A stretch of 64,000 nucleotides of DNA from Bacteroidales bacterium (GCA_014800895.1 JAAVFG010000008.1:19635-83634), one strand, 5' to 3'. Numbered from the stretch's first letter, positions 39,791 to 48,813 are shown. Numbers and translations: made by a program. The notes: a model not told the origin generated them from the letters alone.

Positions 39791-41527
39791 ATGAAAAGGT
39801 TAATAAAGTCATCGACTATAGCATGGTGTTTGCTGCCGCTCTCTCTTCTTATCGCAGGAGGATGTGGCGGCAAAGAGCGTGAGGATAAAGCGGGTAAATC
39901 TCATTGGCAGCCAATCACGGAGAAGATCGATCGGCTCTCTCTGTCATTGGATTCAATGATGATAGTACGTGCCCCCAAGGGGGAGGTAAAAGCAGTGTTG
40001 GAGAAGTTGAGGGAAGAAGTGGATGATGTGAAGAAAAAGGGAGGAAAAGGAGACGTCGCCTCAGCTGAAAGAATAAAGAAAGGGGAGGAGAGATTGAAAT
40101 TCTTTGATATCTCCTATCAGTATTATGCCGGCGAGTACGATAAATTCATGGAGGGATTTGAGGAATTGATTCAAAACACCGATTCGGTAAAGAACCCCTA
40201 TCTATACAACAGACTTCTTTATATTGCTCCCGATTCGCCTAACCGTGATCTTGAGGTATATGAAGAATTGAATAAACAGGTGACGTATTTTCGTGAGGCA
40301 GGAGATGAGGTAATGACCGCCCGCGCATTGATAGAGATTGGAAATCTGATGAAAGGAGTCAGGGACCCGCAAGCTGCCGAGGGCTTCTATAATCAGGCAG
40401 ATTCTTTATTCTTAAAAAACGGCTATGACATAACGGTCACTTTCAATAAACTGAATCATGCCTCCGACGCCTTCCTGCTTCGAGATACAGTGACAGGCGT
40501 CCGCATACTGCATGAGATGCTTGAGATTCCTGCGGTAAAAGAGGATACGCTTATGCTTTCCCGAGTGCTCCATAATTTATTTATCGAAGGAGAAGAGCAG
40601 GAGGCAATACTTCCACTATATGCGCTCTACGGAGAGGAGAGCGACCCTTTAGTAGAGACGTTTATGTCCAATTATCTGCTGAATTCCGATTCTATACCGG
40701 GAGCCGTCTATCATGCGCGACGGGCTGTGGAGAAGGCACGGGCAGCTGAAAATTATAATGATTTAGGGATAGCTCTGTATGCCTATTCCGACGCATTGTC
40801 AGCGCATAAAGACACTGTTGAAGCATATAAGGCATTGTTGGAAGCAGTAGAAATTACGGATGAGATAGCTACTACCAACGAGCCTGATGCAATCAAGGAG
40901 CGCGAAACCGACCGTATGCTGTCGGTCCGCAGACTTGAGGCTGAATTGAAAAGCAGCAAGCTGGAAGTAAGAATCCTCTGGATCTTTATCGCTTTCCTGA
41001 TCGTAGGAGGAGCTGTGGGATGGTGGATATATCGGAGGGTTGAGAGACTCAAAGAGCGACAGCGTCGGGCTGCGGCAGAAAAAGCGGAGGCTGAGCGCAG
41101 GCTTCTTGCCACTCAGATAGCGATGGATGAGACCAATCAGGTGCTCAGCGATGTGGAGCGTGCCGTCGAGGATATGAAAAGAGATAAGGAAGGGGTGAAG
41201 AGCGGAAGCCGAAGCAAGGAGATTGCCTCCGCCATCCACACGCATAAAGTGAAGAGTGGAGAACGTGAGAGCTTTATCGAATCTTTCTCACAGGTGAATC
41301 CGGATTTCGCAAGAAGATTGAAAGAGATAAATTCCGCCTTTACAGAACCTGATATCCGTCTGGCTTCATATATCGTGACGGGAATGGATAATAAGAAGAT
41401 AGCCGTCACTATGGGTATCCTTCCCGAGTCGGTGAAGCAGGCGCGCTGGCGACTTCGCAGCAAATTGAAATTGGAGAAGGGTGCTTCGCTCGAGGAGGCT
41501 CTCAGAGATATCAATAAGGGAAGATAA
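39791..41527 (+). CDS. Membrane-spanning one-component regulator (periplasmic helical/TPR-like sensor, TM helix, C-terminal LuxR-like HTH)
   Basis: N-terminal LLIAGGC lipobox-like signal, TM segment ILWIFIAFLIVGGAVGWWIY, coiled coil, HTH DIRLASYIVTGMDNKKIAVTMGILPESVKQARWRLRSKL. Confidence 0.8.
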   Translation: MKRLIKSSTIAWCLLPLSLLIAGGCGGKEREDKAGKSHWQPITEKIDRLSLSLDSMMIVRAPKGEVKAVLEKLREEVDDVKKKGGKGDVASAERIKKGEERLKFFDISYQYYAGEYDKFMEGFEELIQNTDSVKNPYLYNRLLYIAPDSPNRDLEVYEELNKQVTYFREAGDEVMTARALIEIGNLMKGVRDPQAAEGFYNQADSLFLKNGYDITVTFNKLNHASDAFLLRDTVTGVRILHEMLEIPAVKEDTLMLSRVLHNLFIEGEEQEAILPLYALYGEESDPLVETFMSNYLLNSDSIPGAVYHARRAVEKARAAENYNDLGIALYAYSDALSAHKDTVEAYKALLEAVEITDEIATTNEPDAIKERETDRMLSVRRLEAELKSSKLEVRILWIFIAFLIVGGAVGWWIYRRVERLKERQRRAAAEKAEAERRLLATQIAMDETNQVLSDVERAVEDMKRDKEGVKSGSRSKEIASAIHTHKVKSGERESFIESFSQVNPDFARRLKEINSAFTEPDIRLASYIVTGMDNKKIAVTMGILPESVKQARWRLRSKLKLEKGASLEEALRDINKGR

Positions 41528-41583
41528 GGGGAGAAAGCAGATAGGAATATGAGATAGAAAGAGACGGTTTACCGGGAAAAGGA

Positions 41584-41613
41584 GAGGGGCGCCCCGAAAG
41601 CGGGGCGCCCCTT
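41584..41613. terminator. Hairpin between the convergent regulator and amylase genes
   Basis: AGGGGCGCCCCG-AAAG-CGGGGCGCCCCT. Confidence 0.7.
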
Positions 41614-41643
41614 GATATAAATAGTTTAGTTAGTGATAGATGA

Positions 41644-44643
41644 TCAGAGTATCACTTTCTTACCGGCAACGATGTAGAATCCTTTCGGAAGCTCGATAGT
41701 GTTCACACCTTCATTAATAGAAATTGTGAATGTCATGCCGTCGACTCTCACCACAGGAAGCTGCATATCCTTGTCAGATTGTATATAGAGCATGCCGTTT
41801 CCTCCGCGGATGATCAGTGAAGAGTAATCGATCTCCTCTACAGCAGAAATCTTGATACCCGTATGAGTATAGATACTGTTATTAACAAGCTCAAGGTTGG
41901 CAGTCTGCGGAGTGCCGTTATGACTGAAGATAACCTTCATCTTTGGCTCGGCATCGGTAACAGTGCAGCTAAATTTATAATAGCCGGTCTCAGGATCTTT
42001 ATCCATCTTCTGTCCGGGCCATGTGCCACCGGTGTAGTTCTTGCTATTGTTGTTTTCATCCCATACCCAGACATAGACATCGCCCCAGTTGCTGTCGCTG
42101 TCATCAAAGTAAACAACGTAATCCTGCGGACCTACGGGAGTCGGAGGATTCGGATCATCCTCAATCTCGCCGGCGCCTTCGATAGTCTTCACATAACCGG
42201 TAGAATCGTAGTAGCCACCATTTACAAACTTCCAACCATCCTTTGTGAGCTGGTCGCCACCTGCACGGCTGATAATAACTTTGGCATCATCGGAAATCTT
42301 ACCGCTTCCGGTGTAAGTCCATTTGAAGACGTTGTTACCGAGATATGTGAGGTTCTGTCCGGGCCAGTTGCCGCCGGTATAATTTGTGGAGTTAGTCCAT
42401 ATCCATGCTGTAGCCACATTCCAGGAGTCATGCTCGAAGAAGATAGCCTGCTCGCCCTCAGCCATTGCGGGAGCGATAGGAGTTTCGGGCTCGACGCGGT
42501 CTCCCCCGACATTTCCGCCGCCACCGCCATTGTTCGGTTTTTCAGTCCATGTCTCTTCGGGCATAGTCTCCGCGGGCCATTCTACAAAGATATCAGCCGC
42601 AGGTGTGCCGGAATGAAGATATTTGCCATCCACACCGACCTTACCCGGAGCCTTTGTCTTGTCCGTGTCAAGAACGTAGACACGGATGTTACCTTTGCCT
42701 GAGCATTTTGCAGTAAGTTTACCATCGGTAACATTCTGGACATCCCCTGTGATTGCATCGACATATCGTCCGTTGAGAACGCCGGAGAAAGTTGCATCCC
42801 CGGAGATGGTAACGAGAGCGTATGAGTCTACCTTATCATCAGTGTAGCGACGCTTGAACGCCATCTTGCCCGAGCATCCATCGTTGCTGTACTGTCCCTT
42901 ACGGAGCGCGGGAACAGCGGCACGGATCTTGTTAAGACGCTGGATATGGAGAGCGAGAGGATAGGAGAGGGTGGAGGCAAGGTTGCCGGTGGCATCGGAA
43001 TATTCCGCAAAGTCAGACACTGTCACATCTCCCTCGATATAACCGCCGAAATATGCACGGCCAGTCTCCTTGAGAGCGAGAATAGCACCCTTGTCAATAT
43101 CCTTACCCTTCTGGAACTCAACCTCAGAGCCGTAATAGAGACAGGGTATACCACGGAAAGTGAACATCAATGAAAGGTTTTCAGCCCATGTGCCCTGGTC
43201 GCCCATGAAGCGGTAGTTGCTGTCAGGAGCATAGTCGTGTGAATCAACATATACCACATTGTATGTGGCGTCATTGTAGAGATCATCTTGACCACGCACT
43301 CCGTATGCGCCGGAAGCGGAATTGAAATTCCAGTGCATTGCGAAGTCAATCACGTTGAGGTCGGAATGTTCCGAATGATCCGGCATATGATAGTCATTGC
43401 CGATAAGCTTATGGTTATTGCTCTTGCGGAGGATGGATGCTGCATGACCGGAATCATCAGATGCAGACTGATGACAAGACTCCCAGTTGGTATGACCTGA
43501 CACTGTAAAGTAGTCCTGAGAACCTTCATCTGCAGTCGGTATAGCCACCACGCTATCCCATGATGTGGGATCATAATCCCATGCGTAATCCTTATTCTCC
43601 TTCCAGGTGTAATAGCAAGGAGAGCAGTTATAGTTTTCGCCTCGATATATCACCTCCATAGAGCGGGCGCAGACCTCGCCATACATAAAGAAGGGGGTGT
43701 TGCCACGCTTCTCGATAGCCTCCGGAGAATTTGCCGCCTCCATGAACTGAGGGATGAAATTCTTGTTGAAGGCAAGACGGGGGACATGACCGGCAGTATC
43801 GATACGGAATCCGTCGAGACCCATCTTGATAAGACGGGAATAACATTTTACAATGTATTCAGATACAGCAGGATTTTCAGTGTTCAGATCTACGCAGTCG
43901 CCTGCAATCTGACCCCACCAGCGGGAAGGATCATCCCAGTCAAACCATGCCTTGTGATGATAATAGTTATGGATATCATGGTTCTGATAATCCGAGTTCT
44001 TCATATTATTCAGTCGGGCGGCATACTGGCTCGCTGCCGGGAGGTCAAGATAGTTGTCAGGGAGAAGACCGCCATCCTTTTTGGTGATAGGAATCATTGA
44101 CTCGTTGATATCGGCAAGATTCTTGGAATAGTCTTTCTTGAACATCGGCGCGAGATTAGTCTCGCCGAAATTACCCGTATGCTGGATCACGATATCAAGG
44201 ATAAGCTTCATTCCACGATTATGCACTTCATCAATAAGCTCCTGGAAAGCCACATCGGCATCTTCTGCGGAGGCATTCTTATCAACATAGCGATGATCGA
44301 TCTTGGAGAAATCCATGGCATGGTAGCCATGATAATCAAGACCGGAGGCATTCTCCACAACGGGAGTGATCCATACAGCTGTGAAACCGAGCGCCTTGAT
44401 ATAATCCAATTTTTTAATCAGACCCTTGAAATCACCACGCCATTCCGGGTCGTTGATGTTGTTGACGCCATCCCAGCAGTAGACGTTATTGCTCGGATCG
44501 CCGTCATAGAAGCGTGTGGTCATCGCGAAGTAGATAGTCTCATCGCGGAAGTCGGTGCGGTCGCCTACGAAGGTAGCGGCAAGCGAAGCCATCGCAGAAG
44601 AAGCGATTGTAGCGCCGCATAGCACTTTACGCAAATAATTCAT
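41644..44643 (-). CDS. Secreted GH13 alpha-amylase-family enzyme with two starch-binding (CBM26-like) modules and T9SS-like tail
   Basis: DYHGYHAMDF, ILDIVIQH, DGFRIDTAGH (nucleophile), YGEV (acid/base), YVDSHD. Two W..WPG CBM motifs and tail LPKGFYIVAGKKVIL. Confidence 0.9.
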   Translation of the reverse strand: MNYLRKVLCGATIASSAMASLAATFVGDRTDFRDETIYFAMTTRFYDGDPSNNVYCWDGVNNINDPEWRGDFKGLIKKLDYIKALGFTAVWITPVVENASGLDYHGYHAMDFSKIDHRYVDKNASAEDADVAFQELIDEVHNRGMKLILDIVIQHTGNFGETNLAPMFKKDYSKNLADINESMIPITKKDGGLLPDNYLDLPAASQYAARLNNMKNSDYQNHDIHNYYHHKAWFDWDDPSRWWGQIAGDCVDLNTENPAVSEYIVKCYSRLIKMGLDGFRIDTAGHVPRLAFNKNFIPQFMEAANSPEAIEKRGNTPFFMYGEVCARSMEVIYRGENYNCSPCYYTWKENKDYAWDYDPTSWDSVVAIPTADEGSQDYFTVSGHTNWESCHQSASDDSGHAASILRKSNNHKLIGNDYHMPDHSEHSDLNVIDFAMHWNFNSASGAYGVRGQDDLYNDATYNVVYVDSHDYAPDSNYRFMGDQGTWAENLSLMFTFRGIPCLYYGSEVEFQKGKDIDKGAILALKETGRAYFGGYIEGDVTVSDFAEYSDATGNLASTLSYPLALHIQRLNKIRAAVPALRKGQYSNDGCSGKMAFKRRYTDDKVDSYALVTISGDATFSGVLNGRYVDAITGDVQNVTDGKLTAKCSGKGNIRVYVLDTDKTKAPGKVGVDGKYLHSGTPAADIFVEWPAETMPEETWTEKPNNGGGGGNVGGDRVEPETPIAPAMAEGEQAIFFEHDSWNVATAWIWTNSTNYTGGNWPGQNLTYLGNNVFKWTYTGSGKISDDAKVIISRAGGDQLTKDGWKFVNGGYYDSTGYVKTIEGAGEIEDDPNPPTPVGPQDYVVYFDDSDSNWGDVYVWVWDENNNSKNYTGGTWPGQKMDKDPETGYYKFSCTVTDAEPKMKVIFSHNGTPQTANLELVNNSIYTHTGIKISAVEEIDYSSLIIRGGNGMLYIQSDKDMQLPVVRVDGMTFTISINEGVNTIELPKGFYIVAGKKVIL

Positions 44644-44684
44644 GATGTGAATCTAAGAATTTAGTAAAAACAGTTAAGCATTTA

Positions 44685-45066
44685 GGACTCCATCCAATAA
44701 AGAAATGTTAAATGCAGGGCGGTCTATTTGACTCGTCATTTCCTATTTTTAGAGGAAACTCGTCGATTTTCAATTTTGAGATAAAATTTTGAATCTCTGA
44801 GGGAGCAGCCTATGCGCTGTGACCGAAGAGATTCAAGATTTTAGCCAAAAAGTGACCGGACGCAAGTAATTTTATTTCATTGGAAAGAGTCATTATATTT
44901 AATTTGATTAATATTAAAGCTAATTAAGTTACTCCCTTCTCGCATCTCAGGGGCATCTATCACCTTTTGGTTCAGTCACATAGCCCGCTATGCTCCTTCG
45001 CCTGCAAGGCGATATCTGCTCCCTGATATGCGACCCTGCATTAACATTTCTTATTGGATGGAGCCC
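44685..45066. mobile_element. MITE-like non-coding element with ~34-bp imperfect terminal inverted repeats and two internal hairpins
   Basis: Left end GGACTCCATCCAATAAAGAAATGTTAAATGCAGGG (44685-44719). Right end reverse complement GGGCTCCATCCAATAAGAAATGTTAATGCAGGG (45034-45066). No ORF of 60 aa or more inside and no clear target-site duplication. Confidence 0.6.
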
Positions 45067-45103
45067 AAGAGGTGTTAAAATGAGGAGAAAGAGGATTATG
45101 ATG

Positions 45104-45111
45104 CAAAGTTA
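45104..45111 (-). promoter_or_regulatory. Candidate -7 promoter element for the minus-strand amylase
   Basis: CAAAGTTA on + equals TAACTTTG on -. A CAAA (-33-like TTTG) lies at 45135-45138. Confidence 0.5.
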
Positions 45112-45271
45112 TTATATTTTTTTTCTCATACCAACAAATAGAAACGAGTGGATGTGAAATTTGGTATGAAAACTAAAATATTTTATTGAAAATTAATAAG
45201 ATATATAATAAATGTTTAAAAAATATGTTATATAACATAAGTAAAAAATCTCTAATCCTTAGGTTAATTAT

Positions 45272-45279
45272 TAATTTTG
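45272..45279 (+). promoter_or_regulatory. Candidate -7 promoter element for the plus-strand amylase
   Basis: TAATTTTG ~65 nt upstream of the ATG at 45344. Confidence 0.5.
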
Positions 45280-45343
45280 TAACGAAATTTTATCCGCACG
45301 AAAAATAGGATAGAGCTTAGCTAAATCAACTTAACTGTATTAT

Positions 45344-48300
45344 ATGAGACTTTTCAGTAAATGGATTGCTGCGGCAATGATGGGAAGTTGTGCGATGGCG
45401 CCACTCTCTGCGTTTGCAGATACGAGTTTTGAGAACAATCGTACAGACTTCCGTGACGAAACAATCTACTTCGCGATGACCACCCGCTTCTATGACGGGG
45501 ATCCGAAGAATAACGTTCTCTCCTGGGATGGTCAGGAGGATCAGATCAAGAATAATGACCCTGTATGGCGTGGCGATTTCGCCGGTCTTATCCAGAAGCT
45601 TGATTACATCAAGGCGCTTGGTTTCACTGCTATCTGGATCACTCCAATCGTACAGAACGCTTCCGGCTTCGACTATCACGGCTATCACGCTATGGACTTC
45701 AATAATGTCGACCTCCGCTATGAGAGCCGCAAGGAGTGGGGATGTGAGAGAGATGTGAAATTCCAGGATCTTATTGATGAGGCACATAAGAGAGGTATCA
45801 AGGTGATCCTTGATGTCGTGCTCCAGCATACCGGAAACTTCGGTGAAGCTTTCTTCTGCAAGCTCTTCGACCGCGACCAGAAGATCTGGAATCAGGCGGA
45901 TATCGAGTCATGTCTTATTCCCGATCAGGAGAAATTGGGAGGCTCAGACTATTGGAAACTTCCTAACGATGGACCTAAGACACAGTATTCCGAGCGCTTC
46001 AAATATATGAAGAATACCGACGGTCAGAACCATGATAGCAACAACTACTGGCATCATCTTGGTGAAGGCTGGAACTGGGATGAGAAAAACCGCTGGTGGG
46101 GACAGATCGCAGGCGACTGCGTAGACCTCAACACGGAGAACCCTGCTGTCTCTGATTACATTATATCATGCTATGAGAAATTCATAGCCATGGGTCTTGA
46201 CGGTTTCCGTATCGATACCTCCGGGCATATCGCGCCTCTGACTTTCAACTCCTCATTTATACCCAAATTCGTCGAACTTGGAGAGAAATATAAGAATAAG
46301 CGAGTACTCTACAAAGGCATTCCTGGTAAGGAAAGAATAAGCGAGGCTCCTTTCTATATGTTCGGCGAGGTTTGTTCACGTTTCGGTCAGGTAATCTATC
46401 GAGATCAGCATCTTCTTTCAAGCCACTATTATACATGGAAATCAGATCCCTCTCTTGTGGCGGAGTATAATACCTTCGATGCTGACTGGTGGGCAAATCA
46501 GAGCCTTATGGAGGGTGCTGCCCCTGTTGGTAATATGTTGACCTGCGAGAAGGATCCCGGCACAGTACACAATTCAAAGAACGTATTCCTTCAGAACGGT
46601 CAGTGGCATGAGCCCGACTATTCACAGGCATCCGGCTTCAATGTGATCGACTTCCCGATGCATTATAACTTTAACAGCGCAGGCGATGCGGTCAGAATAG
46701 CAAATGAAGGAGACCAATACTACAATGACGCTTCATGGAACGTTGTATATGTAGACTCACACGATTATGCACCACAACCCAATGATGACAAGCGTTTCGC
46801 GGGCGGTACAGCACAGTGGGCGGAGAATCTCTCAATGATGTTCACCTTCCGCGGTATTCCGTGTCTCTATTACGGTTCGGAGGTTGAATTCCAGAAAGGC
46901 GCGATCATTGATAAAGGTCCTCTCTTAGCTCTTAAAGAGACAGGACGTGCATATTTTGGTGCTTATCTTGAGGGTGACGTGAATGCATCTGACTTTGGTG
47001 CTTATACCGCAAACGGTAATGTAAACACGACCCTTAACGGTGATCTTTCACAGCATATCCGCCGCCTCAACCAGATTCGTCAGGCTGTTCCTGCCCTCCG
47101 TAAGGGTCAGTACACATTTGATGGCTGCACTGCCAACGGCGGATGGGCATTCAAGCGCGCATACAAGGATTCATATGCATTGGTAGCAGTGAATGGCGGC
47201 GCAACATTCTCCAACGTACCTGCCGGTACATATACTGATCTTGTAACAGGTCAGACATATCAGGGTGGCGGCACTATCACTGTTAATGCTCCCGCCGGAC
47301 AGGGTCAGCTCCGTGTTCTTGTTAAAGATTGGACAGGCGGACAAGTAGGTGAGGATGGTAAATTCATCTTTACTACTACAGCAAAGGCGCACGGTGGCTC
47401 TGTAAGCATCGCAGACCCCGGAACAACAGAGTATTACACTAAGGAGGATGCGGAAGGTCCGACAATGAATGGTGTGAAATTCTCACCTGCCGGCGGTTCA
47501 TTCCGTACAGAGACTCAGACAGTGACTGTAACACTCGAAAGCGGTTCTGTAGCCGGTTATTATACTGTAGATGGCGGCTCAAGAGTTAATCTTACAGCCG
47601 GAGCAACTTCAACCTTCGTTATAGGTCAGAATATGAACTATGGCGAGACTGTTTCAGTAAGCTGGGGAGCAACCGACGCTGAGGGTAAGGAAGCTACAGG
47701 TAAAGTTACTTATAAGAAGATTGACCCGAATGCAGCCATTACCATCTATGTCAAGACATCTAACGGTGGTAATATCTATGTATGGGGTGATAACTCATCA
47801 GGTGTAAAGGAAGAACCTGCCGGTGCATGGCCCGGAAAGTCAATCACTACTCTTGATAAAGAAGGTGATTACTATTCAATCACAGTAGCTGATATTGAGT
47901 CGGTAAATGTGATTTTCAATAACGGTGGTGCGCAGACACCCGATATTACAGGTCTGACAGAAGATAGCTACTTCACATACGATGGCGGGTCTGTAGCAAA
48001 TAAGACTGACGGTCCTGTGGACGGTCCGACACCCGATCCTAATCCCAACCCCAATCCTAATCCGACACCCGATCCCGATCCTGTTCCCGCACCGGAGGGT
48101 GATCTCGTGGTTTATGTAGAGGATAATGCAAACTGGGGAGATATCTATGCTCATTATTGGGGTGGCGAGTCTGCAACAAGCTGGCCCGGTGTTCAAATGA
48201 CAAAGTTATCTTGTGGACACTACAGCATTGCACTTCCTAAGGGTAGCACCGGTTTTATACCTAATCAGAATGGTGGTGCTCAGACTGAAGATATCGCACC

Positions 48301-48508
48301 TGTGCATAATGCATTGTATATAGTGAATGGTGATCGTGATCATACAGTATCTACACATAATTGTCAGTCAGGTATTGACTCTGTAGCCGCAGACAGCAAT
48401 GAGCCTGTAGTGATTTACAACCTTCAGGGTGTTCGCGTTGATAATCCCGGACCCGGTATCTATATCGTGGTTAAGGGTGGCAAACGAAATAAGATCGTCA
48501 TCCGATAA
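45344..48508 (+). CDS. Secreted GH13 alpha-amylase-family enzyme with Ig/FN3-like module, two CBM25/26-like modules, Pro-rich linker and T9SS-like tail
   Basis: Paralog of 41644-44643 (DFRDETIYFAMTTRFYDGDP, DGFRIDTSGH, FGEV, YVDSHD). Contains VKFSPAGGSF, AWPG/SWPG CBMs, a PDPNPNPNP linker and tail IYNLQGVRVDNPGPGIYIVVKGGKRNKIVIR. Confidence 0.9.
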   Translation: MRLFSKWIAAAMMGSCAMAPLSAFADTSFENNRTDFRDETIYFAMTTRFYDGDPKNNVLSWDGQEDQIKNNDPVWRGDFAGLIQKLDYIKALGFTAIWITPIVQNASGFDYHGYHAMDFNNVDLRYESRKEWGCERDVKFQDLIDEAHKRGIKVILDVVLQHTGNFGEAFFCKLFDRDQKIWNQADIESCLIPDQEKLGGSDYWKLPNDGPKTQYSERFKYMKNTDGQNHDSNNYWHHLGEGWNWDEKNRWWGQIAGDCVDLNTENPAVSDYIISCYEKFIAMGLDGFRIDTSGHIAPLTFNSSFIPKFVELGEKYKNKRVLYKGIPGKERISEAPFYMFGEVCSRFGQVIYRDQHLLSSHYYTWKSDPSLVAEYNTFDADWWANQSLMEGAAPVGNMLTCEKDPGTVHNSKNVFLQNGQWHEPDYSQASGFNVIDFPMHYNFNSAGDAVRIANEGDQYYNDASWNVVYVDSHDYAPQPNDDKRFAGGTAQWAENLSMMFTFRGIPCLYYGSEVEFQKGAIIDKGPLLALKETGRAYFGAYLEGDVNASDFGAYTANGNVNTTLNGDLSQHIRRLNQIRQAVPALRKGQYTFDGCTANGGWAFKRAYKDSYALVAVNGGATFSNVPAGTYTDLVTGQTYQGGGTITVNAPAGQGQLRVLVKDWTGGQVGEDGKFIFTTTAKAHGGSVSIADPGTTEYYTKEDAEGPTMNGVKFSPAGGSFRTETQTVTVTLESGSVAGYYTVDGGSRVNLTAGATSTFVIGQNMNYGETVSVSWGATDAEGKEATGKVTYKKIDPNAAITIYVKTSNGGNIYVWGDNSSGVKEEPAGAWPGKSITTLDKEGDYYSITVADIESVNVIFNNGGAQTPDITGLTEDSYFTYDGGSVANKTDGPVDGPTPDPNPNPNPNPTPDPDPVPAPEGDLVVYVEDNANWGDIYAHYWGGESATSWPGVQMTKLSCGHYSIALPKGSTGFIPNQNGGAQTEDIAPVHNALYIVNGDRDHTVSTHNCQSGIDSVAADSNEPVVIYNLQGVRVDNPGPGIYIVVKGGKRNKIVIR

Positions 48509-48530
48509 GATTTGAAAAGAAGATTTATCA

Positions 48531-48733
48531 AGAGGCATCCTGATTTACTTGAGACATCCTGATGAAGCATGAGACATCAAGATGAATCATGAAGACATCA
48601 AGATGAATCATGAAGCAGAAAGATGAATCATGAAGCACCAAGATGAATCATGAAGCAGCAAGATGAATCATGAAGACATCAAGATGAATCAAGAAGAAAT
48701 CCTGGTGAATCATGAAGCAGCAAGATGAATCAT
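48531..48733. repeat. Tandem array of ~10 x 20-21-bp units (GAAGCAGCAAGATGAATCAT consensus)
   Basis: Units start at about 48531, 48551, 48571, 48591, 48612, 48632, 48652, 48672, 48693 and 48714. Confidence 0.88.
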
Positions 48734-48743
48734 GATAATAATT

Positions 48744-48785
48744 AAAATAAAATGCATCGGTTTGAGCCGATGCATTTTATTTTTT
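48744..48785. terminator. Bidirectional intrinsic terminator
   Basis: AAAATAAAATGCATCGG-TTTGAG-CCGATGCATTTTATTTTT. Confidence 0.85.
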
Positions 48786-48813
48786 GTTATAAGATTAAGA
48801 AGAATCTTTATAA

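Noticed and set aside
39714-44731. Shared 11-mer GGTCTATTTGA upstream of the regulator (39714) and inside the MITE-like element (44721)
   Set aside because: A single 11-bp match is plausible by chance, and the second copy lacks the tandem partner site.
44685-45066. Invertible promoter switching between the two amylases
   Set aside because: I found no TAnnTTTG element inside the segment on either strand. Both candidate promoters (45104 and 45272) lie outside, the IRs are imperfect with indels, and there is no recombinase in the window. Not fully excluded without read data.
47990-48090. Short CCGA/AATCC-type nucleotide repeats
   Set aside because: They simply encode the Pro/Asn/Asp linker (PTPDPNPNPNP) of the amylase.
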